Of a DNA stretch of 35,336 nt, positions 16,801 through 24,485 are shown in pieces. A program made the translations under genes and the position numbers. This stretch comes from an uncultured Acholeplasma sp. (GTDB lineage Bacteria > Bacillota_I > Bacilli_A > Acholeplasmatales > Acholeplasmataceae): assembly GCA_937868795.1 (NCBI GenBank), contig CALMNM010000136.1:1-35336 (forward strand), read 5' to 3'. The notes under the pieces are model-generated. The model saw nothing but the letters and a program-made list of their open reading frames with translations. It had not been told where the DNA came from and ran no database searches. Positions within the stretch are counted from its first letter, which is position 1. Each line of letters starts with the position of its first letter.

Positions 16801-18518
16801 GTGGAAACAATCTTACAGAGAAATTCATTTTAAAAGAAATTGAAGTGCAAGATGAATCGATGATGGACATGACTTTCCAGAGTCACGACGTTGATCTCTG
16901 GCGGTCGTATGGTTATTACATTGAAGGAACGAATGGCTATGTTGATTATTCCGAAGATGGTATATACGCCGATGATTTGGCTAATAAAGTGGTCGATTCG
17001 ACGTGTAATCAGAAGTTTCGTATTAAGTACTGTCCTCACGTCCTCATCAAAATCAAGGGCGAGTGGCTCTCAAAAACCCAATGGCTCTATGAAATAGCAA
17101 GAAACCTTTCATTTGCCATTAATGATAATGCTTCATATTCGACGTGTGAACTTAAAGCATCTGAAGACTCATCTGATGTAATTATCGATCATATGAATGT
17201 TGTTATCGAAGATAACGGTGATGTTTTTATCATGCCTTCGGGTTCAACCATCTATGGAACAAATCCGAATTATGAAGGATATTTCACCAAAAGAATTACC
17301 AATATTACCAATTATGTTTGGGAAGCTACAAAAGTTCGTTGTAATATGATTGATTACGAAAATGCTGTAGTTCTCGATGGAAGTGGGGTTGGAGCAAATC
17401 GTAAGAATTATCTTGCAAAACCAATTTCGGTTTCATACAGCAACAGTTTCTCAAATCTGGACAGAGTAAAAGAACTTTCAAATATTATCTGTGAACCAAA
17501 TTATTCAGGTGCTGTTGCCACTGGTGTTTCCTCGACAGGTGCTGCAATGAATATTTGGGCATCGATGGCAAATACAAATTACCACATTCCTGTCTATGTA
17601 TCGGCATATCACCCATCGCTTGTTGTTTCCCGCGACGAATCGGTTGTTATCAAAGCATCAGTGGCGAACACCGCCATTCTCGATGGCGCTACCGATACCA
17701 CATATTGGAAAGAGGCGGGGTTCAGTCTCGGAGGAGGTAATGAATCGGGCCAATTTAATAAGATGCTTCGAGTTGTTCTCCGTGAAGAGCGGGCCGATAC
17801 GGTATATTCGTATTATATCAAGATATTCAGAGGGGCAACAGAACTTGCTTCGACGACACTTACAACAGAAATCAATGAAGTTTCTGATTCAAATTATCTC
17901 GCTGTAAAATGGTATCTTTATTACGGTATTCCGAGAATCGACGTGTGGGTGAGCAATTCAGCAATGCCCGATACTGATGTTGATACGCCTAATTTACAGT
18001 TTGTTTCAGAATCAACCCTCACTGAATCATTTGGAATAGTTGGTCTCCATGCGAGTGCAGGATTTACTATTACCAGTGCAACAGCATACTACGGTAAGAC
18101 TGTACCGAGAGTATGGGCATATTTTGGTGAATTTTCAGTCGATGGTGAATCTTTATCTCTTTGGACTGATACGGCGATTACAAAGCCTGTCATGCTTGTC
18201 AGAGATAAATCAATTACGTCGAAAGATGAAGCTCGCAATGTAGCGATGAGTGCATATCAGAATGCATCTACAACGAAGGAATTAACTATTCGAGTTGATC
18301 CTGACCAATATATGTGGGGTTCGACGTCAAACCGTATTTATATCGGACAGTGGGTGACTATCAGCGGAAAAGGATATTATGATGGGCAATATCGGGTAAA
18401 AACAATTGAAGTAAAACCGTCTGGAATGTGGCTTGGTCTTGACAACACAAAAATTTCGTTTACTGATTATGTTGACTCAATTCGTCAACAAGTCAATAAA
18501 AACGATTCTTTTGGATAG
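13887..18518 (+). CDS. Giant tail-tip / baseplate or fibre protein (1543 aa) with multiple BNR/Asp-box-type beta-propeller repeats (S-x-D-G-T-S-W and variants) and a large C-terminal distal domain
   Basis: Repeats SSDGTSWDVVY, SVDGIKWEKVW, SSDGTSWSLVY, STNGTTWYDGS, TNNGTTWSVVS, STDGVNFTLIH are read in the translation. The gene sits where Dit/Tal-type distal tail genes lie, and its ATG abuts the tape measure stop. Confidence 0.55.
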   Translation: MTMMKDSFGTEYFITDFNLKYDLEKPAFLKTATIVPSGDIEDTYGLFSACGTSMYQAYNMCEFNGDLYVAMGSGGSGVAGQIMRFKDEQYWDVAYDGEGLREVPQCMIISYSGAALYIGCRDTAKILYSTTGTSYSQIGSLSGGSKVNHLLGYSYGGSNYVIAVVGKKLWRAVEGSSTWTDITPANIYNGDIYHIAYFNSKIWIVTSRGNSAYHSSDNGANFTELYLGIAFNTSPRFMYAFGSYLYVFGESGRIGRINTSSTVAMVYTLTTWGSSGCDGICATTFESKPLIGLKNGKIIYSTDGTGNSGTWAVFFDLAGYGAGNPLCMGVYTDLFVGTDKYQIEKCTAGGHSWSQAVATTKQYTNCCILAATSYWGCGDDGSNTGGIFRTFMPSLTMYQYYGVPEYYIMDVCVYGSYIYACTGGSGFVLRSSDGTSWDVVYDSAAATLYALGLSSDGYLYAGGSSSGYCFRTNNGTTWSVVSGLSTTIYCMTKNTGTLLYVGCSDGTIRYYNSGWYTAVSGIGAAVRSINTGSATTSSCSYVAGTANGRFYYYTGTWSYNTVGSSSRTIWGIEFYNNKWYVALDNGQIYHSTNKDPTFSWVNEFTITDTQAKCLHNYGIDLFIGGYSTDSKANIFKYVYSKITRNVTPTDGDWYSVESLCIFGNYIYAAGCLDGPSTTTYAVIYRSVDGIKWEKVWSNESYDSSARALCVVGSYLYMSESGSGAKIYRSFTGKDWTLAATLPETRVYQMTYWNSYIYAATQGTYGRVYRSSDGTSWSLVYSTGDSSKAYCYTVFGSTVEGKIYAGGGGTISSKRFLVYSTNGTTWYDGSSGLTSTIIAVKCIYGFNGYVFAGVLTTSTYTLWRSSTGTSSWSNVTAVYGFTATSDINQNAIWADDITLYVIAGYVNVFKSTDGVNFTLIHSLATNVSRVYAVMQFFDNVITAGYKIFAQPQSRMGRLFQMLRNSDYFQFYSCGNNLTEKFILKEIEVQDESMMDMTFQSHDVDLWRSYGYYIEGTNGYVDYSEDGIYADDLANKVVDSTCNQKFRIKYCPHVLIKIKGEWLSKTQWLYEIARNLSFAINDNASYSTCELKASEDSSDVIIDHMNVVIEDNGDVFIMPSGSTIYGTNPNYEGYFTKRITNITNYVWEATKVRCNMIDYENAVVLDGSGVGANRKNYLAKPISVSYSNSFSNLDRVKELSNIICEPNYSGAVATGVSSTGAAMNIWASMANTNYHIPVYVSAYHPSLVVSRDESVVIKASVANTAILDGATDTTYWKEAGFSLGGGNESGQFNKMLRVVLREERADTVYSYYIKIFRGATELASTTLTTEINEVSDSNYLAVKWYLYYGIPRIDVWVSNSAMPDTDVDTPNLQFVSESTLTESFGIVGLHASAGFTITSATAYYGKTVPRVWAYFGEFSVDGESLSLWTDTAITKPVMLVRDKSITSKDEARNVAMSAYQNASTTKELTIRVDPDQYMWGSTSNRIYIGQWVTISGKGYYDGQYRVKTIEVKPSGMWLGLDNTKISFTDYVDSIRQQVNKNDSFG

Positions 18519-18569
18519 TCCTCTTCTTTTTTTATATCTGCCATGCGTATTTTATTATGGTGAACACCT

Positions 18570-20168
18570 ATGGTAAACATTGGTGATATCTATATCCCGA
18601 CGGTGGAAGATGTTAATGCAAAACATGGAGTCACACGGGATCAAATAATAGATGCCATCAATCTTGAAAATCCACAGTTCTTTTCTGGAAAGAAGCGAAC
18701 TGTTGGTACTTTTGAGATGACAGGGTATCTTTATCAGGAAACGGGAACGTCGAAAACAGCACAAGATTACGCCGAGGATTTAATGGCACTCCTCGAGCGG
18801 GATGCTGCATACAATCTTTTCAATTATGATAGTGAAAAGGGATTTGTCACAGATATCGATGTGAGTATTCCAAAAGACGTCGGTAAAAAGACTATTGCGA
18901 AATATGTCTTAAAAGGACGGTATTTCCCATCGACAGTATATCAGCAAGGTTTATCTGTTGAAGGAGACACTTATACAAATTCTGTTGGAATTGGATTTCC
19001 ACAATATGTCGCTCTTCCAAATGGTTCCACCAACGTCAGAATGACCAGTTCTCTCGATATTGTTAATCTTTCACCTGTCGGGTATATCAATAGCGGTCTG
19101 TCGGCGTTTATTCCTATATACAGGCTGTATTCTCTCTTTAATCATTCAAATTATGATTCAACAACGGGAAGCGCTGGTTCTGATGTTGATGGGTATGATA
19201 CTGTTACCGTGGAATTGAATGCACAGAATGAAAATATTGTCTGGTCATTCAATGCAGGAACAGATGTTCCTCGAGGAAGTTATAAACTGAAAATGCGTCT
19301 GAAAGATGGTGCAATAACCAGTGATGTAAAGGTTCTCGTCGTTGGATCAGTATCAGGAACGATTGCCACGACTTACCTCACGGGCAGCTCATCGTTTTCT
19401 ATTCTCGAAACTGCAGCATTATCATTAACTACTCATGAAGATATTACCGTCACGATCTCTAAAGCAACAGCAGATGCAAATACCATTGTTTTTGATTATG
19501 TGTATCTTGCTCCACAATTTGCTTCTATGGTAGTTTTTGATGCTGATTCTGAATACGATAAAGGTGAAGTCAAGGTTTATGATACCGTAACTCACGGAGA
19601 GGCCACAGAAACGAACTGGAAACGTGTTTATTCGCTCCGTCATCAATTTACAGGTGATATCATTCTCCGAAATCAACTTTTGACATGGAGAATAAATACT
19701 GCAGCTCTTTGGAGTGCAACAGGCACGTTGACTGTCGGTGGGGTAGCCAAAGCTTTGAGGCCCGAGGCGTTCGGTGCAACGTATCCGAGTGTGCGATTCA
19801 TTTCCATCGAACCAATGTGCGTCAAAATGCAGATCACGGCAAGACAGGGAACCGTTGGTGTTGGTGCTGACGATGGAGTGATGGACGCTACGGTTAAACT
19901 CGATCCAATGATGTTGCGGGTTGAAATGAAGAAATCTGGTGGATATACCAGCGATTGGAAATTCACATCTTCTGGTGTCCAGTATCACGGAACGAGTCTT
20001 TCAGTATCGCTTGATGGTGATTATACGCTCATTACAAGCAGCGAATCAGAATATATGTTCTGTATTGTTGCGCCGACAGGATATACAACAATAACTTACC
20101 ACGATCTTCTCTTCGCTGCCTTCAATAAACCTACAACAAGGCGATATATTAGTCAGAAAACTATTTAA
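18570..20168 (+). CDS. Virion structural protein, tail-tip / fibre-associated (532 aa), unknown family
   Basis: ATG with a GGTGA SD; beta-rich Thr/Ser/Gly composition; lies between the distal tail protein and the fibre genes. Confidence 0.45.
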   Translation: MVNIGDIYIPTVEDVNAKHGVTRDQIIDAINLENPQFFSGKKRTVGTFEMTGYLYQETGTSKTAQDYAEDLMALLERDAAYNLFNYDSEKGFVTDIDVSIPKDVGKKTIAKYVLKGRYFPSTVYQQGLSVEGDTYTNSVGIGFPQYVALPNGSTNVRMTSSLDIVNLSPVGYINSGLSAFIPIYRLYSLFNHSNYDSTTGSAGSDVDGYDTVTVELNAQNENIVWSFNAGTDVPRGSYKLKMRLKDGAITSDVKVLVVGSVSGTIATTYLTGSSSFSILETAALSLTTHEDITVTISKATADANTIVFDYVYLAPQFASMVVFDADSEYDKGEVKVYDTVTHGEATETNWKRVYSLRHQFTGDIILRNQLLTWRINTAALWSATGTLTVGGVAKALRPEAFGATYPSVRFISIEPMCVKMQITARQGTVGVGADDGVMDATVKLDPMMLRVEMKKSGGYTSDWKFTSSGVQYHGTSLSVSLDGDYTLITSSESEYMFCIVAPTGYTTITYHDLLFAAFNKPTTRRYISQKTI

Positions 20169-20246
20169 ACAATTTTTATTCGTCTTTTTTTATTTTTCAC
20201 CTTGAATATATATTAGAGAAGACCATTATTAGATGGTGATACAAGA

Positions 20247-20564
20247 GTGGTCGCCAAAACATCTCTTGGTAAGCCGTATCTTGGAAGCGGAGACCATATT
20301 CTTTTCGATGCACTCAATTCGGGTGACGGAAAGTTGGTTTTTGGCTTCTTTGTAAATGGTAATCTTGTGGAATATGGACATACTGTCGTCCGTGGACGTA
20401 AATTCAGTACATATTTCTTCCATCTTCCGCAAAGCGGGCGGTTTGACCTCAAAGCAGGTGATATCGTCGAAGTACAGATCAAGGCTGGCTATTTTGTGTC
20501 CGTTGCCTCGAAAGAGATCCAATGGGCCTTTGAAAGTAAGCCGAACAAATTCGTGGTGAAATAA
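20247..20564 (+). CDS. Hypothetical small structural-module protein (105 aa), GTG start
   Basis: The first in-frame start after the stop at 20214 is GTG 20247, with GGTGA 7 nt upstream. The product looks like a genuine beta-type protein and ends 1 nt before the next ATG. Confidence 0.4.
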   Translation: MVAKTSLGKPYLGSGDHILFDALNSGDGKLVFGFFVNGNLVEYGHTVVRGRKFSTYFFHLPQSGRFDLKAGDIVEVQIKAGYFVSVASKEIQWAFESKPNKFVVK

Positions 20565-20565
20565 C

Positions 20566-20877
20566 ATGGACGCAAGTATTCTTGTTCAGATTTGGGATTT
20601 CCTGTATGAAACTGGAATTTTCTTTGTCCTGCTTGGTGCTATTCTTACTGGAATCATCAGCAGGATTGCCCTCGTACCTGCTCTGAAGAAAATCGATGCA
20701 ATCATCGACTGCTTCATTGAGAAGGCCGAGGACGGTGAAGTGACTCCTGAAGATGCTGCTGTCATTTTCAGTGTAATTAAGGAGCAGATCGGTTCTGACT
20801 TCCTTGTGAAGATTTTCGGTTGGCTTTTCAAGGCCAATGTGCCGACGGAGAAACTGCAGGGAATTACCTGCAAGTAA
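20566..20877 (+). CDS. Small membrane protein (103 aa; one N-terminal TM helix then a charged C-terminal domain); holin-like candidate
   Basis: Hydrophobic stretch GIFFVLLGAILTGIISRIALVPAL at residues ~17-40, read directly; it sits inside the tail-fibre gene block. Confidence 0.4.
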   Translation: MDASILVQIWDFLYETGIFFVLLGAILTGIISRIALVPALKKIDAIIDCFIEKAEDGEVTPEDAAVIFSVIKEQIGSDFLVKIFGWLFKANVPTEKLQGITCK

Positions 20878-20895
20878 ATTTTTTGGAGGTAAAGC

Positions 20896-21300
20896 ATGGG
20901 TAGTTTTTCAAATTATCTCGAGGATGAACTTCTCGACCATATTACGGGCGTTGGAGCATATTCCGCACCTGCGACGGTGTATATTGCACTGTCAACTGCT
21001 GATCCGACCGAAGATGGTTCTGGCCTTGCCGAGCCGTCTGGTAACAACTATGCTCGGGCATCGGTAACCAACAGCGGAACTAACTGGGATACTTCTTCTG
21101 GTGGTGCAACCGCTAACAAGACTGCGATTACCTTCAACACCGCGAGCGGTGATTGGGGTACTATCACGCATTACGCCGTAATGGATGCATCTTCCAGCGG
21201 TAATATGCTTTGGTATGGAACGCTTACTACGAGCAAGACTGTGGGCAACGGTGACACGCCGAAATTTAACATCGGCGATCTCGATCTGACCCTCACGTAA
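20896..21300 (+). CDS. Small Gly/Thr/Ser-rich tail-fibre-associated protein (134 aa); resembles a conserved family of small 'minor tail' proteins seen next to fibre genes in other phages (from memory)
   Basis: SD GGAGGT. Motifs YIALSTADPTEDGSG...NNYARASV...ASGDWGTITHYAVMDA...GNMLWYG are read in the translation. Confidence 0.45.
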   Translation: MGSFSNYLEDELLDHITGVGAYSAPATVYIALSTADPTEDGSGLAEPSGNNYARASVTNSGTNWDTSSGGATANKTAITFNTASGDWGTITHYAVMDASSSGNMLWYGTLTTSKTVGNGDTPKFNIGDLDLTLT

Positions 21301-21324
21301 TCATTTTTTTGGAGGTAAAAAAAT

Positions 21325-21735
21325 ATGCCGTCATGGACGTATAACAAACTATCGAACAGTGATAAAAATTACATTGACAGCTATGCAGCCGCAGAGTGGC
21401 AAGCCTTCACCGTTGTAATGGACATACGGAACTGCGATACTGCACTTTTCACAGATACGGTCAAACTGGAGGCTATTGCGGCCCTCATCGCATCTGAACT
21501 TGACCTTTTAAACCCGTCCGTGACATGGATTGACTACACTGGCGGGAAATTGATGGTGATGGTAGTAGGCTCTAATACTGTCACCGCACGGCTGATGATT
21601 GATACTGGAACATGCTACCTTGAAGCATTTGTTACCGCAGCATGGCCCCCGGAGTATGTCACCAAGGCCATTATGAGCCGGCTTCAGAAGGATGGAACCA
21701 CATATTTCGTGAACCACATGATTCCCCGACAATAG
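21325..21735 (+). CDS. Hypothetical fibre-module protein (136 aa)
   Basis: SD GGAGGT followed by ATG; no motif recognised. Confidence 0.4.
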   Translation: MPSWTYNKLSNSDKNYIDSYAAAEWQAFTVVMDIRNCDTALFTDTVKLEAIAALIASELDLLNPSVTWIDYTGGKLMVMVVGSNTVTARLMIDTGTCYLEAFVTAAWPPEYVTKAIMSRLQKDGTTYFVNHMIPRQ

Positions 21736-21743
21736 GAGTTTGA

Positions 21744-24485
21744 ATGGCAGGCAGCCGGCAGTTTTATCAAAATTCGAGTGATAACGAGAGCAGCACTGAT
21801 AGCGAGTCATATCAGGATAAGTGCACTCTCACTTTTACCCCGGATGCCAATTCTACATACCTCATCATAGCAACGGCAAATATCAATGATACCGATGGAA
21901 GTTTACTCCGGTTGTATGACGGTTCGACCGTATTGTTTGAGCACATCTATGAAGAATCGAAGGACAGCGATGATTACCCCGCAACCGGGGGGGCGGTGTA
22001 TGTATCGTTTGGAGATACCCCCGCAGAGATAACATACCGATTACAATACCACGCCCTATATAATGCCTATATCAAGTTTGCCCGGATCATCGCGATCAAG
22101 CTCACCGAAAATGACCAGATAGCCTCTGCAACATCTCGGACAACTACCACAAGCTCATCATGGCAGGATAAGGTAACAAAAACCTTTACGCCGGGCAGCG
22201 CGGGTGATTACCTGATCATTGGATCATGTACTCTTGATGGCAGTTCTAACAGCTACGACGTGCGGGCACAGATCGACGTGGACGGATCGGCGCAATATGG
22301 CTTGCTGAACGTCGAACCGGGCAGTTATAATGAAACCGCTCAAATCCCGTTCCTTTATTTCCAAAAAGTAACCCTCACGCAGGCAGAGCATACGATAAAA
22401 CTGCAATACAGCGCGGAAAGTCAAACCACGGGATGCCAATACGCTTATTTAACCATCCTCCGGCTCGATGATTTTCCAGCGGTTTATTCCGCAGAGCAGG
22501 ATACCGAACAATCGGCAACAACGCGGGCGCACAAGCTCACGCTCGATACCTCCGCAGCAGAGGCAACCGATCATCTCATCCTTGCCTCTTGCAGATGCAC
22601 CTCAAAGTCTACAAGTAACTCCGTTGGGGTTGGGTTGTATGAAGGCACAACCAACCGGGGTTTTCAGGATGAGGTTGAGATGCATGATACTTCCAATTAT
22701 CGGCATTATATGTGCGGGTTTTATACAGCCGCACCCGAGGCCACATATTATATCGATCTGTCCGGGGTTGGGGGAACGGGGTACGCCGATGATCTGCGGT
22801 TGTATGCCCTGCAACTAACTTCTTCAGAAGTTATTGTAGAATTGGTAGGAAGTACTATAGCAGAATCTAATTCATCTGGTCTTGTTGACCGACAACAAAA
22901 ACTTATTGGTTCGACGGGAGCAAGTGCCAGTTCCGAAGGAATAGTTGGTATAATTTTCAGTCTTTCTGGAACATCAGAATCATCATCAAATGCTCCAGAT
23001 GCTCTTCTTTCCCGAGACATGGCTCTCGCTGGTTCCTGTTCTGCTACCTCTTCAACTCCCGATACTGTTCTCTCTGTAGATTATGGTTTTGTTGGGGTTA
23101 CTGAAGCAATAAGCGAATCACAGGCACATTGTAGTGTTGAAAGAATTATTCAAAGTCTTGTTGGTGGAACGGCCTCAATGCAAGGGGCGCTTTCTGTTGA
23201 TTATGCTCTTTTTGGTCTTACTGAAGCGGAAGCATTTTCAGAAGGCGCTCTTGAAAAAATTGTCGGACTTGTTGGTTCTTGTTCAGCAGAATCAACGTCA
23301 GAAGGTACTCTTGACCGTCAGCAAAATTTTGCTGGTATAACAGAATCTATTTCATCATCAGAAGGTATTCTTGATCGCCAACAAAATTTTGTTGGAATAA
23401 CAGAATCTGTTTCTTCATCAGAAGGTTCTCTTGATACTGGTATTGGTTTAATTGGAACCTGTAGTGCTATTTCTTCATCAGAGGGTTCTCTCGAGGCTGG
23501 CATCGGTTTAATTGGAACCTGTAATGCAGAAGCATATTCAGAAGGTGTTATTTCTCTAACAGGAACCATTGAATTATCTGGTCTTACTGAAGTCGAATCA
23601 TCATCATCTGGTTCTCTTGATAGAAATCAAGGATTAGAAGGTTTTTGTGACCCAGTTTCCGAATCTACTGGTTTTCTATCTATTGATCGTGGATTGTCTG
23701 GAACCACTGCAGCTGAATTATCATCAGAAGGTTCTCTCTATGTCTTTAATGATGCTCTCGTTAGTGTGACGGAAGCGGAATCGACTTCATCTGGTACTCT
23801 CGTTGTAGAATGGGGATTGGCTGGAATAACCGAAGCAGGCCCGCAGTTTATAAATCCAAATGATGGAACTTTAACTCTCAATATTGGTCTTAAATCAACA
23901 ACAGAAACCGAATTGGCGACCACTGGAAGTCTGATTGTTGATTGGAGCCTCGCAGGACAAGCCGATGCTATATTTGAATCATCTGGCCTTTTCGATAAAC
24001 AACCCTCTCTTGCTGGCATTACCGAGGCTACAAGTTCATCAGAAGGAATAATAATTGTATTTATTCCCTTCGCGGGCATATCTGCAGCAATCAGTGATTC
24101 TACAGCATTTTTGAGTCGTATTATTGAAATCAGCGGTATAGCAGCAGGAGAATGTTCATCTGAAGGTTTCCTTTCACTATTAAATGGTCTCGTCGGTAGC
24201 ACAACAGCAGTATCGGGAGAAAGTGGTTTTCTCACTCTCGATCAGGCACTTGTCGGATATACAGATGCAGTTTCTGAATCTGACGGTGCTGTTGTTGTTA
24301 TTTATTCTCTTGCAGGTAAGACCGATGCAGTTTCTTCATCCGAAGCATTTCTTATAAAAATTGTTGAAATGATTGGAGCGGCTAATGCTGTTTCAGGATC
24401 GACAGGACAATTTGAAATTTTATTCCTTGTTGCATCGTGGGGAGAACCTAACGAATACATAGCACTTTTATGGAGTGAGGGATAA
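21744..24485 (+). CDS. Tail fibre / receptor-binding protein 1 (913 aa): three tandem ~115-aa N-terminal domains followed by ~25 copies of a ~20-aa periodic repeat (...SSEG.L.....L.G.TEA.S...)
   Basis: The triplicated KxTxTFTP...YLII...LQY domains and the periodic SSEG repeats are read in the translation. The N-terminal ~1.1 kb is GC-rich and the repeat region is AT-rich. Confidence 0.55.
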   Translation: MAGSRQFYQNSSDNESSTDSESYQDKCTLTFTPDANSTYLIIATANINDTDGSLLRLYDGSTVLFEHIYEESKDSDDYPATGGAVYVSFGDTPAEITYRLQYHALYNAYIKFARIIAIKLTENDQIASATSRTTTTSSSWQDKVTKTFTPGSAGDYLIIGSCTLDGSSNSYDVRAQIDVDGSAQYGLLNVEPGSYNETAQIPFLYFQKVTLTQAEHTIKLQYSAESQTTGCQYAYLTILRLDDFPAVYSAEQDTEQSATTRAHKLTLDTSAAEATDHLILASCRCTSKSTSNSVGVGLYEGTTNRGFQDEVEMHDTSNYRHYMCGFYTAAPEATYYIDLSGVGGTGYADDLRLYALQLTSSEVIVELVGSTIAESNSSGLVDRQQKLIGSTGASASSEGIVGIIFSLSGTSESSSNAPDALLSRDMALAGSCSATSSTPDTVLSVDYGFVGVTEAISESQAHCSVERIIQSLVGGTASMQGALSVDYALFGLTEAEAFSEGALEKIVGLVGSCSAESTSEGTLDRQQNFAGITESISSSEGILDRQQNFVGITESVSSSEGSLDTGIGLIGTCSAISSSEGSLEAGIGLIGTCNAEAYSEGVISLTGTIELSGLTEVESSSSGSLDRNQGLEGFCDPVSESTGFLSIDRGLSGTTAAELSSEGSLYVFNDALVSVTEAESTSSGTLVVEWGLAGITEAGPQFINPNDGTLTLNIGLKSTTETELATTGSLIVDWSLAGQADAIFESSGLFDKQPSLAGITEATSSSEGIIIVFIPFAGISAAISDSTAFLSRIIEISGIAAGECSSEGFLSLLNGLVGSTTAVSGESGFLTLDQALVGYTDAVSESDGAVVVIYSLAGKTDAVSSSEAFLIKIVEMIGAANAVSGSTGQFEILFLVASWGEPNEYIALLWSEG
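23301..23540 (+). repeat. Four tandem 60-nt coding repeat units (two near-identical pairs, about 85% and 80% identity) inside fibre gene 1
   Basis: Read directly: gaaggtactcttgaccgtcagcaaaattttgctggtataacagaatctatttcatcatca vs gaaggtattcttgatcgccaacaaaattttgttggaataacagaatctgtttcttcatca; then gaaggttctcttgatactggtattggtttaattggaacctgtagtgctatttcttcatca vs gagggttctctcgaggctggcatcggtttaattggaacctgtaatgcagaagcatattca. Confidence 0.7.

Noticed and set aside
20229-20567. 112-aa minus-strand ORF opposite the 105-aa plus-strand gene
   Set aside because: The plus-strand frame has an SD plus a GTG start, a protein-like translation and exact abutment to the next gene. The minus-strand frame would be an isolated antisense gene within a 24-kb plus-strand operon.
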